Shown in pieces: positions 55,940-64,000 of a stretch of 64,000 nt of DNA. Origin of the DNA: Acidobacteriota bacterium (GTDB lineage: Bacteria > Acidobacteriota > Polarisedimenticolia > Gp22-AA2). The position numbers and the translations under genes were made by a program. The stretch's first letter is position 1. Each line of letters begins with the position of its first letter. Where the stretch lies: positions 1,974 to 65,973 of the forward strand of contig JBGPLZ010000002.1 in NCBI GenBank assembly GCA_041486695.1. Reading direction: 5' to 3'. The notes beneath the pieces are model-generated. The model searched no databases and was not told the DNA's origin. It worked only from the letters and a program-made list of their open reading frames with translations.

Positions 55940-58900
55940 ATGACACGCTCCCTCCCTGCGCGGCGCTGCGGCGCCCTCCTGGCGATCACGATCGGCACCT
56001 GTTTCCCCGGCGCCGCCGGCGGTTTGCGCGCCGAACCGGCCGCCCGCCTGCGCGCCGAGCCGGCGGCAGACGCCGCGGTCGCCGATTCTTCCGAGGCCGG
56101 CAAGAAAGGGAAGCCGGCGAAGCTCGACGTCAACGCCGTGCCGGAGGAGGCCCGCCAGGTGCAGTTCACCACCAGCGAGGGAACCTGGATGTCGATCGAC
56201 GTCGCCCCTGACGGCAAGACGATCCTCTTCGATCTGCTCGGGGATATTTACCGCCTGCCGATCGAGGGCGGGGCGGCGACGCGGGTGACCTCGGGACCGG
56301 CGTACGACTATGCGCCGCGCTATTCTCCCGACGGCCGGACGATCGTCTTCTGCAGCGATCGTGGCGGCAACATGAACCTCTGGCTGATGGCCGTCGACGG
56401 CAGCGGTCCGCGCGCCTTGACCGACGAGACGAACGCCGTTTTCTCGTCGCCGTCCTGGACTCCCGACGGCCTCTACATTCTGGCCCGCAAGGAGGACACC
56501 TCGAAGGCGGGGATTCCGCCGGTCGAGACCTGGATGTTCCACCGCGACGGCGGCGGCGGCATCAAGGTCATCGGGAAGGCCAAGCTGCACAACTCGTCCG
56601 GTCCCGTGGCGAGCCGCGACGGGCGCTACATCTATCTCTCCGGCCGGCAGCGCCCCTTCTCCTACCTGCCGCAGATGCAGGACGGGCTCTGGAACCTGTT
56701 CCGCTACGACCGCAAGACGGGCGATCTCCTCAAGTTGACCGCCCCGCCGGCGGGCGGGCTGCGCCCGACGCTTTCGCCCGACGGACGGCGCCTGATCTAC
56801 GAGCGCCGCGACGATGCGGAGACGATCCTGGTGCAGCGCGACCTGCCGAGCGGCGGCGAAACCGTCCTGGCGCGCGGTCTGTCGCGCGACGAGCAGGAGG
56901 GGTTCGCCCAGATGGATCTCGCGCCGGGGGCCGCCTTCACGCCGGACGGCAAGGCGTTTCTCTACTGGAGCGGCGGCGCGATCCATCGTCTCGATCTCGA
57001 CGCCCGGAAGGATGACACGGTGCCGTTTCGCGCCGACGTCTCCCTGGCGCTGCGGCCGCTGCTGCGCACCGACACGAAGGTCGGCGAGCCGGTCTTGACG
57101 GTGCGCATCCTGCGCTGGCCGACGCTGTCGCCGGACGGGACGCTTCTGGCCTTCGATGCCCTGGGCTCGATCTGGCTCTGCGATCTGAAAGACGGCAAGG
57201 CAGGGGTGCCGCGCCGGCTGACGCGCCGCGCCGAGCGCGAATATGCGCCGGAGTTCTCGCCCGACGGCAAATCTCTCGTCTACGTCACCTGGTCGGACCG
57301 CGACCTCGGCCACGTCGTCAAGGCGCGCCTCGGCGGCAAGGGCCCGGCCGAGCCGGTCCGCCTCACCCGCAGCGCGGGGCATTACATCAATCCCACCTGG
57401 TCTCCCAAGGGGGATCGGATCGCCGTCATCGTCGGCTCGGGGGCCGAGCTGCGGGGTCAGCAGCCCGAGTTCGAGGCGTATTACGAGATCCGCTGGCTGC
57501 CGTCCGAGCCGGGACCGGGGGGCGCCGACCCTCGCCCGATCGTGACGGTGCTGCCGGGCGAGACGATCCGTTACCACCCGACGGTCGCCTGGAGCCCCGA
57601 TGGCGAGCGGGTCTTCTTCGTCGAGAAGACGCCGGCGACGGGCGACGGCGGAGAAGAGGGGGATGACACGCCGAAAGTCGATCTCGTCTCTGTCCGTCTC
57701 GACGGGACCGACAAGCAGCACCACCTGCGCTTCGTGCAGGTCGAGGACGCGGTCCTTTTGCCGGACGGAGCCTGGGTCGCCTACGTCCGCGCCGACGACG
57801 TCTACGTCACGGCGATGCCCCGGGCCGGATCCGAGCCGGTCGAGATCGGTGGTGAGAAGAGTCCCGTGCCGGTTTACCGGCTGAGTATCGAAGGCGGGGG
57901 GTTCATCGGCTGGGCCTCGGGCGGACGGACGATCGTCTGGGGCATGGCGAACACCATCTACCGCCAGAGTCTCGACAAGGTCCGCGAAGCGGCCGCGAAG
58001 AAATCGGCGACCGACGCCAAAGAATCCGCGGCCAAAGGGGGCGCGGCCAAGGAAGAAGCGGCGAAACAGCCGGAGATGCCGAAGCCCGAGGCGATCCCGG
58101 TCTCGCTCGTGGTGCCGCGCCCGCGGCCGACCGGCTCGGTCGTGCTCAGGAACGCGCGCGCCATCACCATGAAGGGGGACGAGGTCCTGGATCGCGCCGA
58201 CATCGTGGTCAACGGCGACCGGATCGCCGCGATCGGCCCCTCCGGCAAGGTCGCCCTTCCCGCGGGGGCACCCGCCTTCGATCTCAACGGGAAGACGGTC
58301 ATCCCCGGGCTCGTCGACGTGCACGCCCACCTGCATTACTCCGCCATGGAGATCTTTCCGGAGACCAAGTGGGAGTACATCACCAACCTCGCCTATGGGG
58401 TCACCACGACCCATGACCCGTCGGCCCACAGCCTCGACGTCTTCGCGCAGGGAGAGATGGTCGAGGCGGGGTTGATGACCGGGCCGCGCATCTACAGCAG
58501 CGGCGACGTCCTCTACGGCGGGGTGCCGGCCTCCGTCTATGCGAAGGTCGACAGCCTCGAGGATGCCCAGCACGTCGTCCGTCGAATGAAAGCGTACGGC
58601 GCTCACTGGCTGAAGATCTACCAGCAGCCGCGGCGCGACCAGCGCCTGTGGTTCCTGGAGGCGGCGCGGCAGGAAGGGATCGGCGCCACGATGGAAGGGG
58701 CCGGCGAGCTGCATACAGACTTGACCAATATCTTCGACGGCTTCACCGGCCTGGAGCACTCGCTTCCGGTCCGTCTCTACAACGATGTCATCACCACCGT
58801 CGCCCGCTCCGGCACCGCCTACACCCCGACCCTCATCGTGTCGTACGGTGGACCGGCGGCGGAGATTTACTGGTATCAGCACGCCAACCCGCACGACGAC

Positions 58901-59368
58901 GCCCGGCTGCGCCGCTTCACGCCGCACGAGATGCTCGACGGGCTCGGCCGGCGCCGCCCCTGGTACCCCGAGGACGAGTTCCACTTCCCGACGGTCGCCG
59001 CGGGGGCGGCGGAGATCGCCCGGGCCGGCGGGCGCGTCTGCCTCGGCGCGCACGGCCAGCTCCAGGGGCTCGGGGCTCACTGGGAGATGTGGTCGTTCAC
59101 CGTCGGCAAAGGGATGACCCCGATGGAGGCGCTGCGGACCGCCACCTGGAGCGGCGCCGAGGCGCTCGGCTTCGGGAAGGATCTCGGCTCGCTTGAGACC
59201 GGGAAGCTGGCCGACCTCGTCGTGATCGACGGCGACCCGCTCAAGGATATCCACGACAGCGCGAAGGTCGCCTACACCATGAAGAACGGCATCCTCTACG
59301 ACGCCGCGACGATGGACGAGGTCTGGCCGGAGAAGCGGCCGCTGCCGCCGTTCTTCTGGAAGAAATAG
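55940..59368 (+). CDS. TolB-like (PD40/WD40-like beta-propeller) and amidohydrolase fusion protein, secreted
   Basis: SD GAGGA 7 nt before the ATG. Signal peptide. Repeated PD40 blades (SPDGRTIVF, WTPDG, SPDGRRLIY, SPDGTLLAF, SPDGKSLVY, WSPKGDRIAV, WSPDGERVFF). C-terminal metal-dependent amidohydrolase (PGLVDVHAHLHYS ... VVIDGDPL). Confidence 0.75.
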   Translation: MTRSLPARRCGALLAITIGTCFPGAAGGLRAEPAARLRAEPAADAAVADSSEAGKKGKPAKLDVNAVPEEARQVQFTTSEGTWMSIDVAPDGKTILFDLLGDIYRLPIEGGAATRVTSGPAYDYAPRYSPDGRTIVFCSDRGGNMNLWLMAVDGSGPRALTDETNAVFSSPSWTPDGLYILARKEDTSKAGIPPVETWMFHRDGGGGIKVIGKAKLHNSSGPVASRDGRYIYLSGRQRPFSYLPQMQDGLWNLFRYDRKTGDLLKLTAPPAGGLRPTLSPDGRRLIYERRDDAETILVQRDLPSGGETVLARGLSRDEQEGFAQMDLAPGAAFTPDGKAFLYWSGGAIHRLDLDARKDDTVPFRADVSLALRPLLRTDTKVGEPVLTVRILRWPTLSPDGTLLAFDALGSIWLCDLKDGKAGVPRRLTRRAEREYAPEFSPDGKSLVYVTWSDRDLGHVVKARLGGKGPAEPVRLTRSAGHYINPTWSPKGDRIAVIVGSGAELRGQQPEFEAYYEIRWLPSEPGPGGADPRPIVTVLPGETIRYHPTVAWSPDGERVFFVEKTPATGDGGEEGDDTPKVDLVSVRLDGTDKQHHLRFVQVEDAVLLPDGAWVAYVRADDVYVTAMPRAGSEPVEIGGEKSPVPVYRLSIEGGGFIGWASGGRTIVWGMANTIYRQSLDKVREAAAKKSATDAKESAAKGGAAKEEAAKQPEMPKPEAIPVSLVVPRPRPTGSVVLRNARAITMKGDEVLDRADIVVNGDRIAAIGPSGKVALPAGAPAFDLNGKTVIPGLVDVHAHLHYSAMEIFPETKWEYITNLAYGVTTTHDPSAHSLDVFAQGEMVEAGLMTGPRIYSSGDVLYGGVPASVYAKVDSLEDAQHVVRRMKAYGAHWLKIYQQPRRDQRLWFLEAARQEGIGATMEGAGELHTDLTNIFDGFTGLEHSLPVRLYNDVITTVARSGTAYTPTLIVSYGGPAAEIYWYQHANPHDDARLRRFTPHEMLDGLGRRRPWYPEDEFHFPTVAAGAAEIARAGGRVCLGAHGQLQGLGAHWEMWSFTVGKGMTPMEALRTATWSGAEALGFGKDLGSLETGKLADLVVIDGDPLKDIHDSAKVAYTMKNGILYDAATMDEVWPEKRPLPPFFWKK

Positions 59369-59377
59369 CCGCCGCGG

Positions 59378-60151
59378 CTACTTCGGCGGCAGCTTCGGGG
59401 CGATGATGATCTGCCCGCCGTCGACCACCAGCGTCGTGCCGGTCAGGAAGTCGCAGGCGCCCGAGGCGAGAAAGACGATCGCCGTGGCGATCTCCGACGG
59501 CTCGGCTGCGCGCGGCAGGACCCCGACCCCTTCGAGCGGCACGCCGCGCGGCGGCAGGTCGATCATGCCCATGTCGGTGTAGACCCAGCCGGGCGCGACG
59601 GCGTTGACCCGGATCCCCCATGGGGCGAAATCGATCGCCATCGAGCGTGTCAGACCGCCGATCCCCGCTTTGGCGGCGTTGTAATGGCCGCCGCCCGGAT
59701 CGCACTCGTACGCCGAGGTCGAGGCGAGCGTGACGATCCGCCCCGGGGTCTTGGCCGCCCGCATGGCGCGCGCCGCCTCGCGGCCGCACAGGAAGGTGCC
59801 GCGCATATGGACGGCGATCATCCGATCCCAGTCGGCGACCGACATCTCGGCGAGGTTGACGTAGGCTGAGGCGATGCCGGCGTTCGCCACCATGACGTCG
59901 AGCCGGCCGAACCGGCGCTGCGTCTCGGCCACCAGGCGCACGACGTCCACCTCGATCGACACATCGCACGGGGTGCCGGCCACCGTCCCCAGGGACCCGA
60001 GCTCCTTCACCGCCGCCTGGACCGACTCCGGCCGCAGCGACGACACCATCACGGAAGCCCCCTCTTTCAGAAGCGCGGCCACCGCGGCCCGGCCGATACC
60101 GCGCGCTCCGCCCGTCACGATCGCAACTTTCCCCTTGAGTCCCAGATCCAT
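59378..60151 (-). CDS. SDR-family oxidoreductase (3-oxoacyl-ACP reductase-like)
   Basis: Rossmann motif AIVTGGARGIGRA. NAG motif MVANAG. Catalytic YNAAKAG (YxxxK). Confidence 0.8.
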   Translation of the reverse strand: MDLGLKGKVAIVTGGARGIGRAAVAALLKEGASVMVSSLRPESVQAAVKELGSLGTVAGTPCDVSIEVDVVRLVAETQRRFGRLDVMVANAGIASAYVNLAEMSVADWDRMIAVHMRGTFLCGREAARAMRAAKTPGRIVTLASTSAYECDPGGGHYNAAKAGIGGLTRSMAIDFAPWGIRVNAVAPGWVYTDMGMIDLPPRGVPLEGVGVLPRAAEPSEIATAIVFLASGACDFLTGTTLVVDGGQIIIAPKLPPK

Positions 60152-60206
60152 AGGAAGCCTCCTCCGTTCGAGCGGTGAGGGAACAAGGTAGCACGAACGG
60201 CGGCTT

Positions 60207-61451
60207 CTAGGCCGCGGCGGCGATCCGACGTTTGATCTCCGCCGCCAGCCACTCCGCCTCGCGCTTGTCGCGGATGTACCGGCCGGCGGAATATGAAGTG
60301 TCGAAGCGATCGAGCAGAGTGAGCGTGTAGTAAGGGGTGCCGTTGCGGTCGCCCGACTGCATGCCGATCGTCAGCCGGATGTCCTTGAGATCGGCGCAGC
60401 GGAATACCCTGACCGGTCCGACTCCCAGGAAGCCCCGCGTCAGCCGCGCCTCTCCCGCTTCGATCACCAGGCGCGTCGTGCCGAGGGTGACATCGAGGGC
60501 GAAATAGATCAGCAGCAGCTCGAAGCCGCCGAAGACGATCGGGAAGAGAAGGGGAGCATGCATCCGTATCAGGAACACGACGGCGCAGCTCCAGAGGGCC
60601 AGAAAGGCGAAGAGACCGATCGAGGCGCTGGGGTTGCGCAACGGGCGGAGGAAGAACTCCACGCCGCCGCCGGAGCTCGGGCCGACGCGGATGCCGCGGT
60701 CGCGCTCCGGGCGAAACGGCTCCTCCGTCGCTTCGTACTCGCGCATCGGATCGTCGTCGGGCGACGCCGCGACGGGAGCCGGGGTGACGCCGGCACCGAA
60801 CACCGGCACCTCGAACTCGGCGCGGTAGTCGAGGCCCGGGATGGCAGCGTCGGCGTCCAGCACCCAGAGGATCCGGTCATCCGGATCGCCGAGGGTCGTC
60901 TCGAGCGCCTCGGCCGGGATGGCGAACGAGACGGGGATCTCCGTGCGCCCCGGATCGTCGGCCGGCAGGGCGCGCTCCATGGTTCGCTCTTCTCTCCAGA
61001 GGATCGCCTCGTGCGTCGTGCGGTTCTTGCCGCTGCCGGAGGTGGTGTGCCGCGCGCAGGTCAGGCGCAGGCGGTAACCCCCCGCGGGCCGCGGCATGAA
61101 GCGGGCGCGGATCGCTCCGAGCAGGCGTCCGCCCGGGACGATCGGGGTGGTGCGCAGCACCAGCGTCGAGACTCCGAACTTCCGCCAGAGGAGAGTGCGA
61201 CGGATCGCGGCTGCCAAGAGCAGCAGGCCGGCCGCCGGGAAGGCGAGACCGATCGCCGCCGCGCGATGGCCGCGCTCGAGCTCCCGCCGCAAGAGATATA
61301 GGATCGGCGACGAGATCAAGATCCAGACCAGCGCGACGATCCAGGCTCCAACGACGATCCACCCGCGGCCGCTCGATTCGGCCCGCCCCTGCGCCCAATC
61401 GTCCCGCGAGCGCCACGGTTGGCCCTGACTCGAAGTCGCGGTTCGCTCCAT
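60207..61451 (-). CDS. Hypothetical polytopic membrane protein (DUF3592-like C-terminal region)
   Basis: I placed the start at an internal ATG with SD GGGAG; the track's upstream extension is Arg/Gly/Pro-rich and was rejected. TM helices (IVVGAWIVALVWILISSPILYLL; AAAIGLAFPAAGLLLLAAAI; IGLFAFLALWSCAVVFLI; LLFPIVFGGFELLLIYFAL). Confidence 0.45.
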   Translation of the reverse strand: MERTATSSQGQPWRSRDDWAQGRAESSGRGWIVVGAWIVALVWILISSPILYLLRRELERGHRAAAIGLAFPAAGLLLLAAAIRRTLLWRKFGVSTLVLRTTPIVPGGRLLGAIRARFMPRPAGGYRLRLTCARHTTSGSGKNRTTHEAILWREERTMERALPADDPGRTEIPVSFAIPAEALETTLGDPDDRILWVLDADAAIPGLDYRAEFEVPVFGAGVTPAPVAASPDDDPMREYEATEEPFRPERDRGIRVGPSSGGGVEFFLRPLRNPSASIGLFAFLALWSCAVVFLIRMHAPLLFPIVFGGFELLLIYFALDVTLGTTRLVIEAGEARLTRGFLGVGPVRVFRCADLKDIRLTIGMQSGDRNGTPYYTLTLLDRFDTSYSAGRYIRDKREAEWLAAEIKRRIAAAA

Positions 61452-61552
61452 GCCGCTCCCCGGGATGGCGGTCGCCGAGGGTGGGGAGAACCCCACGCAC
61501 GGCGGCGCGGTACCAGGGAAACTTAGGTCGCGAGGCCCCAAGAGGCGAGGTT

Positions 61553-62926
61553 CTAGGTCGCGAGACCCAGCGAGGAAAGAATTTCTGCCGCCGCCCGCCG
61601 GCCGCTCATATAGGCCCCATGGACGGTCTGATAGTGGGGCGCCGCCTGCGTCGCCTCGCCGGCGAAGTAGAGAGTGTTCTGGAGCGGGGTCGCGAGCGCG
61701 GCACGTTGCGCGCCGCCACCCGGCTTGGTGTAGGAATAAGAACCGCGCGCGTATGGGTCGCGGATCCAGTCGCGCAAGACCGAGAACTGAACCCGCCGGC
61801 GGGCGCCGGAGGTCGGGAAGGCCGCCTCGACCCAGCCGAGGGCCCGCGCGGTGCCCTCCTTCTCGCCGAGGTCGCTCAATTCCTGGGCGGCGCGCCCGGT
61901 GACCCATCCCTCCAGGGCCGGCATTCCCTTCCCGCCGGGGTGGGGATCGTAGAAGGAGACCCGGCCCTGATGCGACACCCAGCCCCGCAATCCCTCGGGA
62001 CCGCGCCAGAACCAGTCGTCGAACAGGAAATGAACCACGACGACCCGGCCCATCTCCAGCCCGGCGAGGGCGTGCCGCTTCGAGGCCGGCAGCGCCGGGT
62101 CGAAGACCGGCCGGCCGCTCTTGAGGATGCCAACCGGCAGAGTGACCAGGGCGCGGCGGGCCTGCAACCGCTCCTCATGCCCCTGCCGCGAGCAGATGAC
62201 GCGTACCTTCCCCGGGCGCCACTCGATCATCGTCACCGGAGACGAGAGGTGAATCCGCCCCACGAGCGTCTCCGCCAGCTTGCCGGCGAGCGACGAGTAG
62301 CCGCCCACCACCTGATAGTTCTGGTCGAGGTAAGCGTCCCAGGCGGCCGAGTCCTCCATCGCCGCCTGCAGGCTCACTTCGTCCGGCTCGGCCGACCAGG
62401 AGAAGGCGTTCTCGTTCACGCTCGGAAGGTCGTCCTCGGAAAATGCCAGCGGCCGGAGGAATGTCTGGTAGTCGACGTCCGGGCCGCGGTAGGCGTGATA
62501 CGCCTCATCGAGCCGGCGGCGAATCTCTTCCTCGTGCTCGGGGGAGGGAGTGCGGAAGCCGCCCTGGGGAGTGCGCCGCGCGCGCGACCAGCCCGCCAGG
62601 GGCCGGGTCTCGATGCCGAACTCCTTGATCAATTCCCAGGTGGGCGCGCGTGAGCCGTGCACCATCTGCGCTCCGACCTCGAGCCCGTGGGGCGCCTCAC
62701 CGTAGCGCGTCTCCATCCGGCCGCCGACCCGGTCGCGCGCCTCGAGGACCGCGACGTCGAGACCCGCGCGCAGCAGATCGCGCGCCGCCGACATTCCGGA
62801 CATCCCCGCTCCCAGGACCAGGACATCGTAGGGTGGACGGGCGTGGAAGGCGCAGCCGTGCAGCGCGGCCCCGGCCGAAGCAAGGGCGGTCGCCTTCACG
62901 AAGCCGCGACGGCTGATGCGGTTCAT
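61553..62926 (-). CDS. Flavin-containing amine oxidase (monoamine/polyamine oxidase family), TAT-exported
   Basis: Twin-arginine signal (SRRGFVKATALASAGAAL). FAD motif DVLVLGAGMSGMSAARDL. C-terminal FAD-binding segment LYFAGEAT. Confidence 0.75.
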   Translation of the reverse strand: MNRISRRGFVKATALASAGAALHGCAFHARPPYDVLVLGAGMSGMSAARDLLRAGLDVAVLEARDRVGGRMETRYGEAPHGLEVGAQMVHGSRAPTWELIKEFGIETRPLAGWSRARRTPQGGFRTPSPEHEEEIRRRLDEAYHAYRGPDVDYQTFLRPLAFSEDDLPSVNENAFSWSAEPDEVSLQAAMEDSAAWDAYLDQNYQVVGGYSSLAGKLAETLVGRIHLSSPVTMIEWRPGKVRVICSRQGHEERLQARRALVTLPVGILKSGRPVFDPALPASKRHALAGLEMGRVVVVHFLFDDWFWRGPEGLRGWVSHQGRVSFYDPHPGGKGMPALEGWVTGRAAQELSDLGEKEGTARALGWVEAAFPTSGARRRVQFSVLRDWIRDPYARGSYSYTKPGGGAQRAALATPLQNTLYFAGEATQAAPHYQTVHGAYMSGRRAAAEILSSLGLAT

Positions 62927-63060
62927 GGATGCGCGGCGCCGATCCGGGGCAGGCGATCCTCCGTTTTCACCCGCATGACCTCGATCATTCGCGTAGAATT
63001 GCGCCGGCGCTCCGGGGTACTTACGTTTAAGATGTGCGCCGACCTTCGGGGGAGCCTACC

Positions 63061-64000
63061 ATGAAGCGACGCCCTGCAGTATCGATCATCCCGGCCGTCC
63101 CGCTCGCGGTTCTCGTCGCGGCCGCCGGGCTCGTGTCGGTAGCCGTGGCGCGCCCGGGGGCCCCGGGTCGAGCAGTGCGCAACCCGATCTGGGGCGTCGA
63201 GGTGCGGGTGCCGGGGTTCGAGCCGGTCGATCATCCTCTCAAGGATCAGGTGAACTTCGTCCTGGCCGGCCGCGGCGGTTCGGGGGCCTGCCGGATGAAT
63301 CTCAGCCTGTTCGTCGCCCCGATCAAGGAAGGGGGCGCGCCGGAGGAGTGCCGGCGCGGCGACATCGGCGATCCCGATGCGATCGCGCTGCGTCAGGACG
63401 CCGACCTGCTGGATCAGGAGGCCGGGGCCGTCGCCTGGTCGCTCTTCGATCAGGTCTTCGAGAGCCGGAGCGGGGCCCGCACCGTCTACCATCAGCTCTA
63501 TGGTTACAGGACGCGCGGTGATCTCTGCTTCCAGCTTCACCTGTCGAGCGGCGACGCCTGCCGGGAGTTCCCGAAGCGAGCCAAGGCGGTGCTCGGCTCG
63601 CTGCGTCTGGAGCACGACCCCGGGGCGACCCTGGAGACCGCCGAGCTGGCGCGGCGGGGCGGCGGCGATCCGCGCGACTGGCGGCTGCACCTGAGGGTCG
63701 CCGACACTTATCTGCATGACGAGGCCCGGCCCGGTCCGGCGCGCGCCCGGCGCTTCTACGAGTCGGCGCTGCGACTGGGAGCGACGCGTCTTCTGCCGAC
63801 GGATCGCTTCACAATCGAGACGGGGATCGGGCTTGCATGGCTGCAGGAGGAGAATGGCCGGGCGGCGATCCCGCCCCTGAAGCGAGCCCTGCAGGCGGCG
63901 CAGCGCGCGGGTGGCCGGGTGTCGCAGGACTCGGTGCGCGACGCGGTCTACGCCCTCGCCTCGGCCCAGGCCCTCGCCGGGGATGTCGAGGCATCGTGCG
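63061..64000 (+). CDS. Hypothetical secreted protein, 3'-truncated at the window edge
   Basis: SD GGGGGAG 7 nt before the ATG. Signal peptide (MKRRPAVSIIPAVPLAVLVAAAGLVSVAVA). Strong GC3 bias. No stop within the window, so it is absent from the ORF track. Confidence 0.45.
   Translation, partial: MKRRPAVSIIPAVPLAVLVAAAGLVSVAVARPGAPGRAVRNPIWGVEVRVPGFEPVDHPLKDQVNFVLAGRGGSGACRMNLSLFVAPIKEGGAPEECRRGDIGDPDAIALRQDADLLDQEAGAVAWSLFDQVFESRSGARTVYHQLYGYRTRGDLCFQLHLSSGDACREFPKRAKAVLGSLRLEHDPGATLETAELARRGGGDPRDWRLHLRVADTYLHDEARPGPARARRFYESALRLGATRLLPTDRFTIETGIGLAWLQEENGRAAIPPLKRALQAAQRAGGRVSQDSVRDAVYALASAQALAGDVEASC

Noticed and set aside
55901-59254. 1117-aa ORF antisense to the TolB-like/amidohydrolase gene
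   Set aside because: Classic GC-rich antisense ORF. The + strand has PD40 repeats and an amidohydrolase HxH motif.
62923-63717. 264-aa minus-strand ORF at the window end
   Set aside because: It overlaps a + strand frame that has an SD, an ATG and a clear signal peptide. Its own translation is Arg/Pro/Gly-rich with no start context.

Overview
This is a 64-kb window of very GC-rich (~70%) bacterial chromosome, densely packed with genes and with no rRNA, tRNA or CRISPR array recognisable by eye. The GC content makes the six-frame track throw up many long spurious antisense ORFs. I called genes where a frame carries recognisable family motifs, a plausible start with a ribosome-binding site, or a signal peptide.

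Gene content by region:
- 1-12 kb: secreted hydrolases (BNR-repeat protein, two amidohydrolase lipoproteins), a CrtI-like oxidoreductase, an agmatinase-family ureohydrolase, a VKOR protein fused to two TlpA-like thioredoxin domains, an MFS transporter and an M24 peptidase.
- 12-16 kb: an acetate kinase - phosphoketolase operon (ack-xfp).
- 16-29 kb: a YtxH/DUF948 stress-protein pair, a B12-binding radical SAM enzyme, a lysyl-oxidase-like secreted protein, a TonB-dependent receptor, an MMPL/RND transporter, a SAM methyltransferase, an unusual AMP-ligase-ACP-acyltransferase tri-domain protein and a LOG-family protein.
- 29.3-42.0 kb: a ~12.7-kb block of five multiheme c-type cytochromes, two NHL beta-propeller lipoproteins and a 675-aa outer-membrane beta-barrel. 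The cytochromes have 8, 4, 5, ~12 and ~15 CXXCH-type motifs; one is 1155 aa with PKD domains. This is the most interesting part of the window and is a candidate extracellular electron-transfer (porin-cytochrome-like) conduit.
- 42-64 kb: a lipase-maturation-factor-like membrane protein, GST, threonine dehydratase, an arnC-arnA(split)-arnD L-Ara4N lipid-modification cluster, several unknown secreted or membrane proteins, a DUF885 protein, a TolB-like/amidohydrolase fusion, an SDR and a TAT-exported flavin amine oxidase.

A ~60-100-bp intergenic repeat occurs three times (around 9.3, 19.5 and 22.1 kb).
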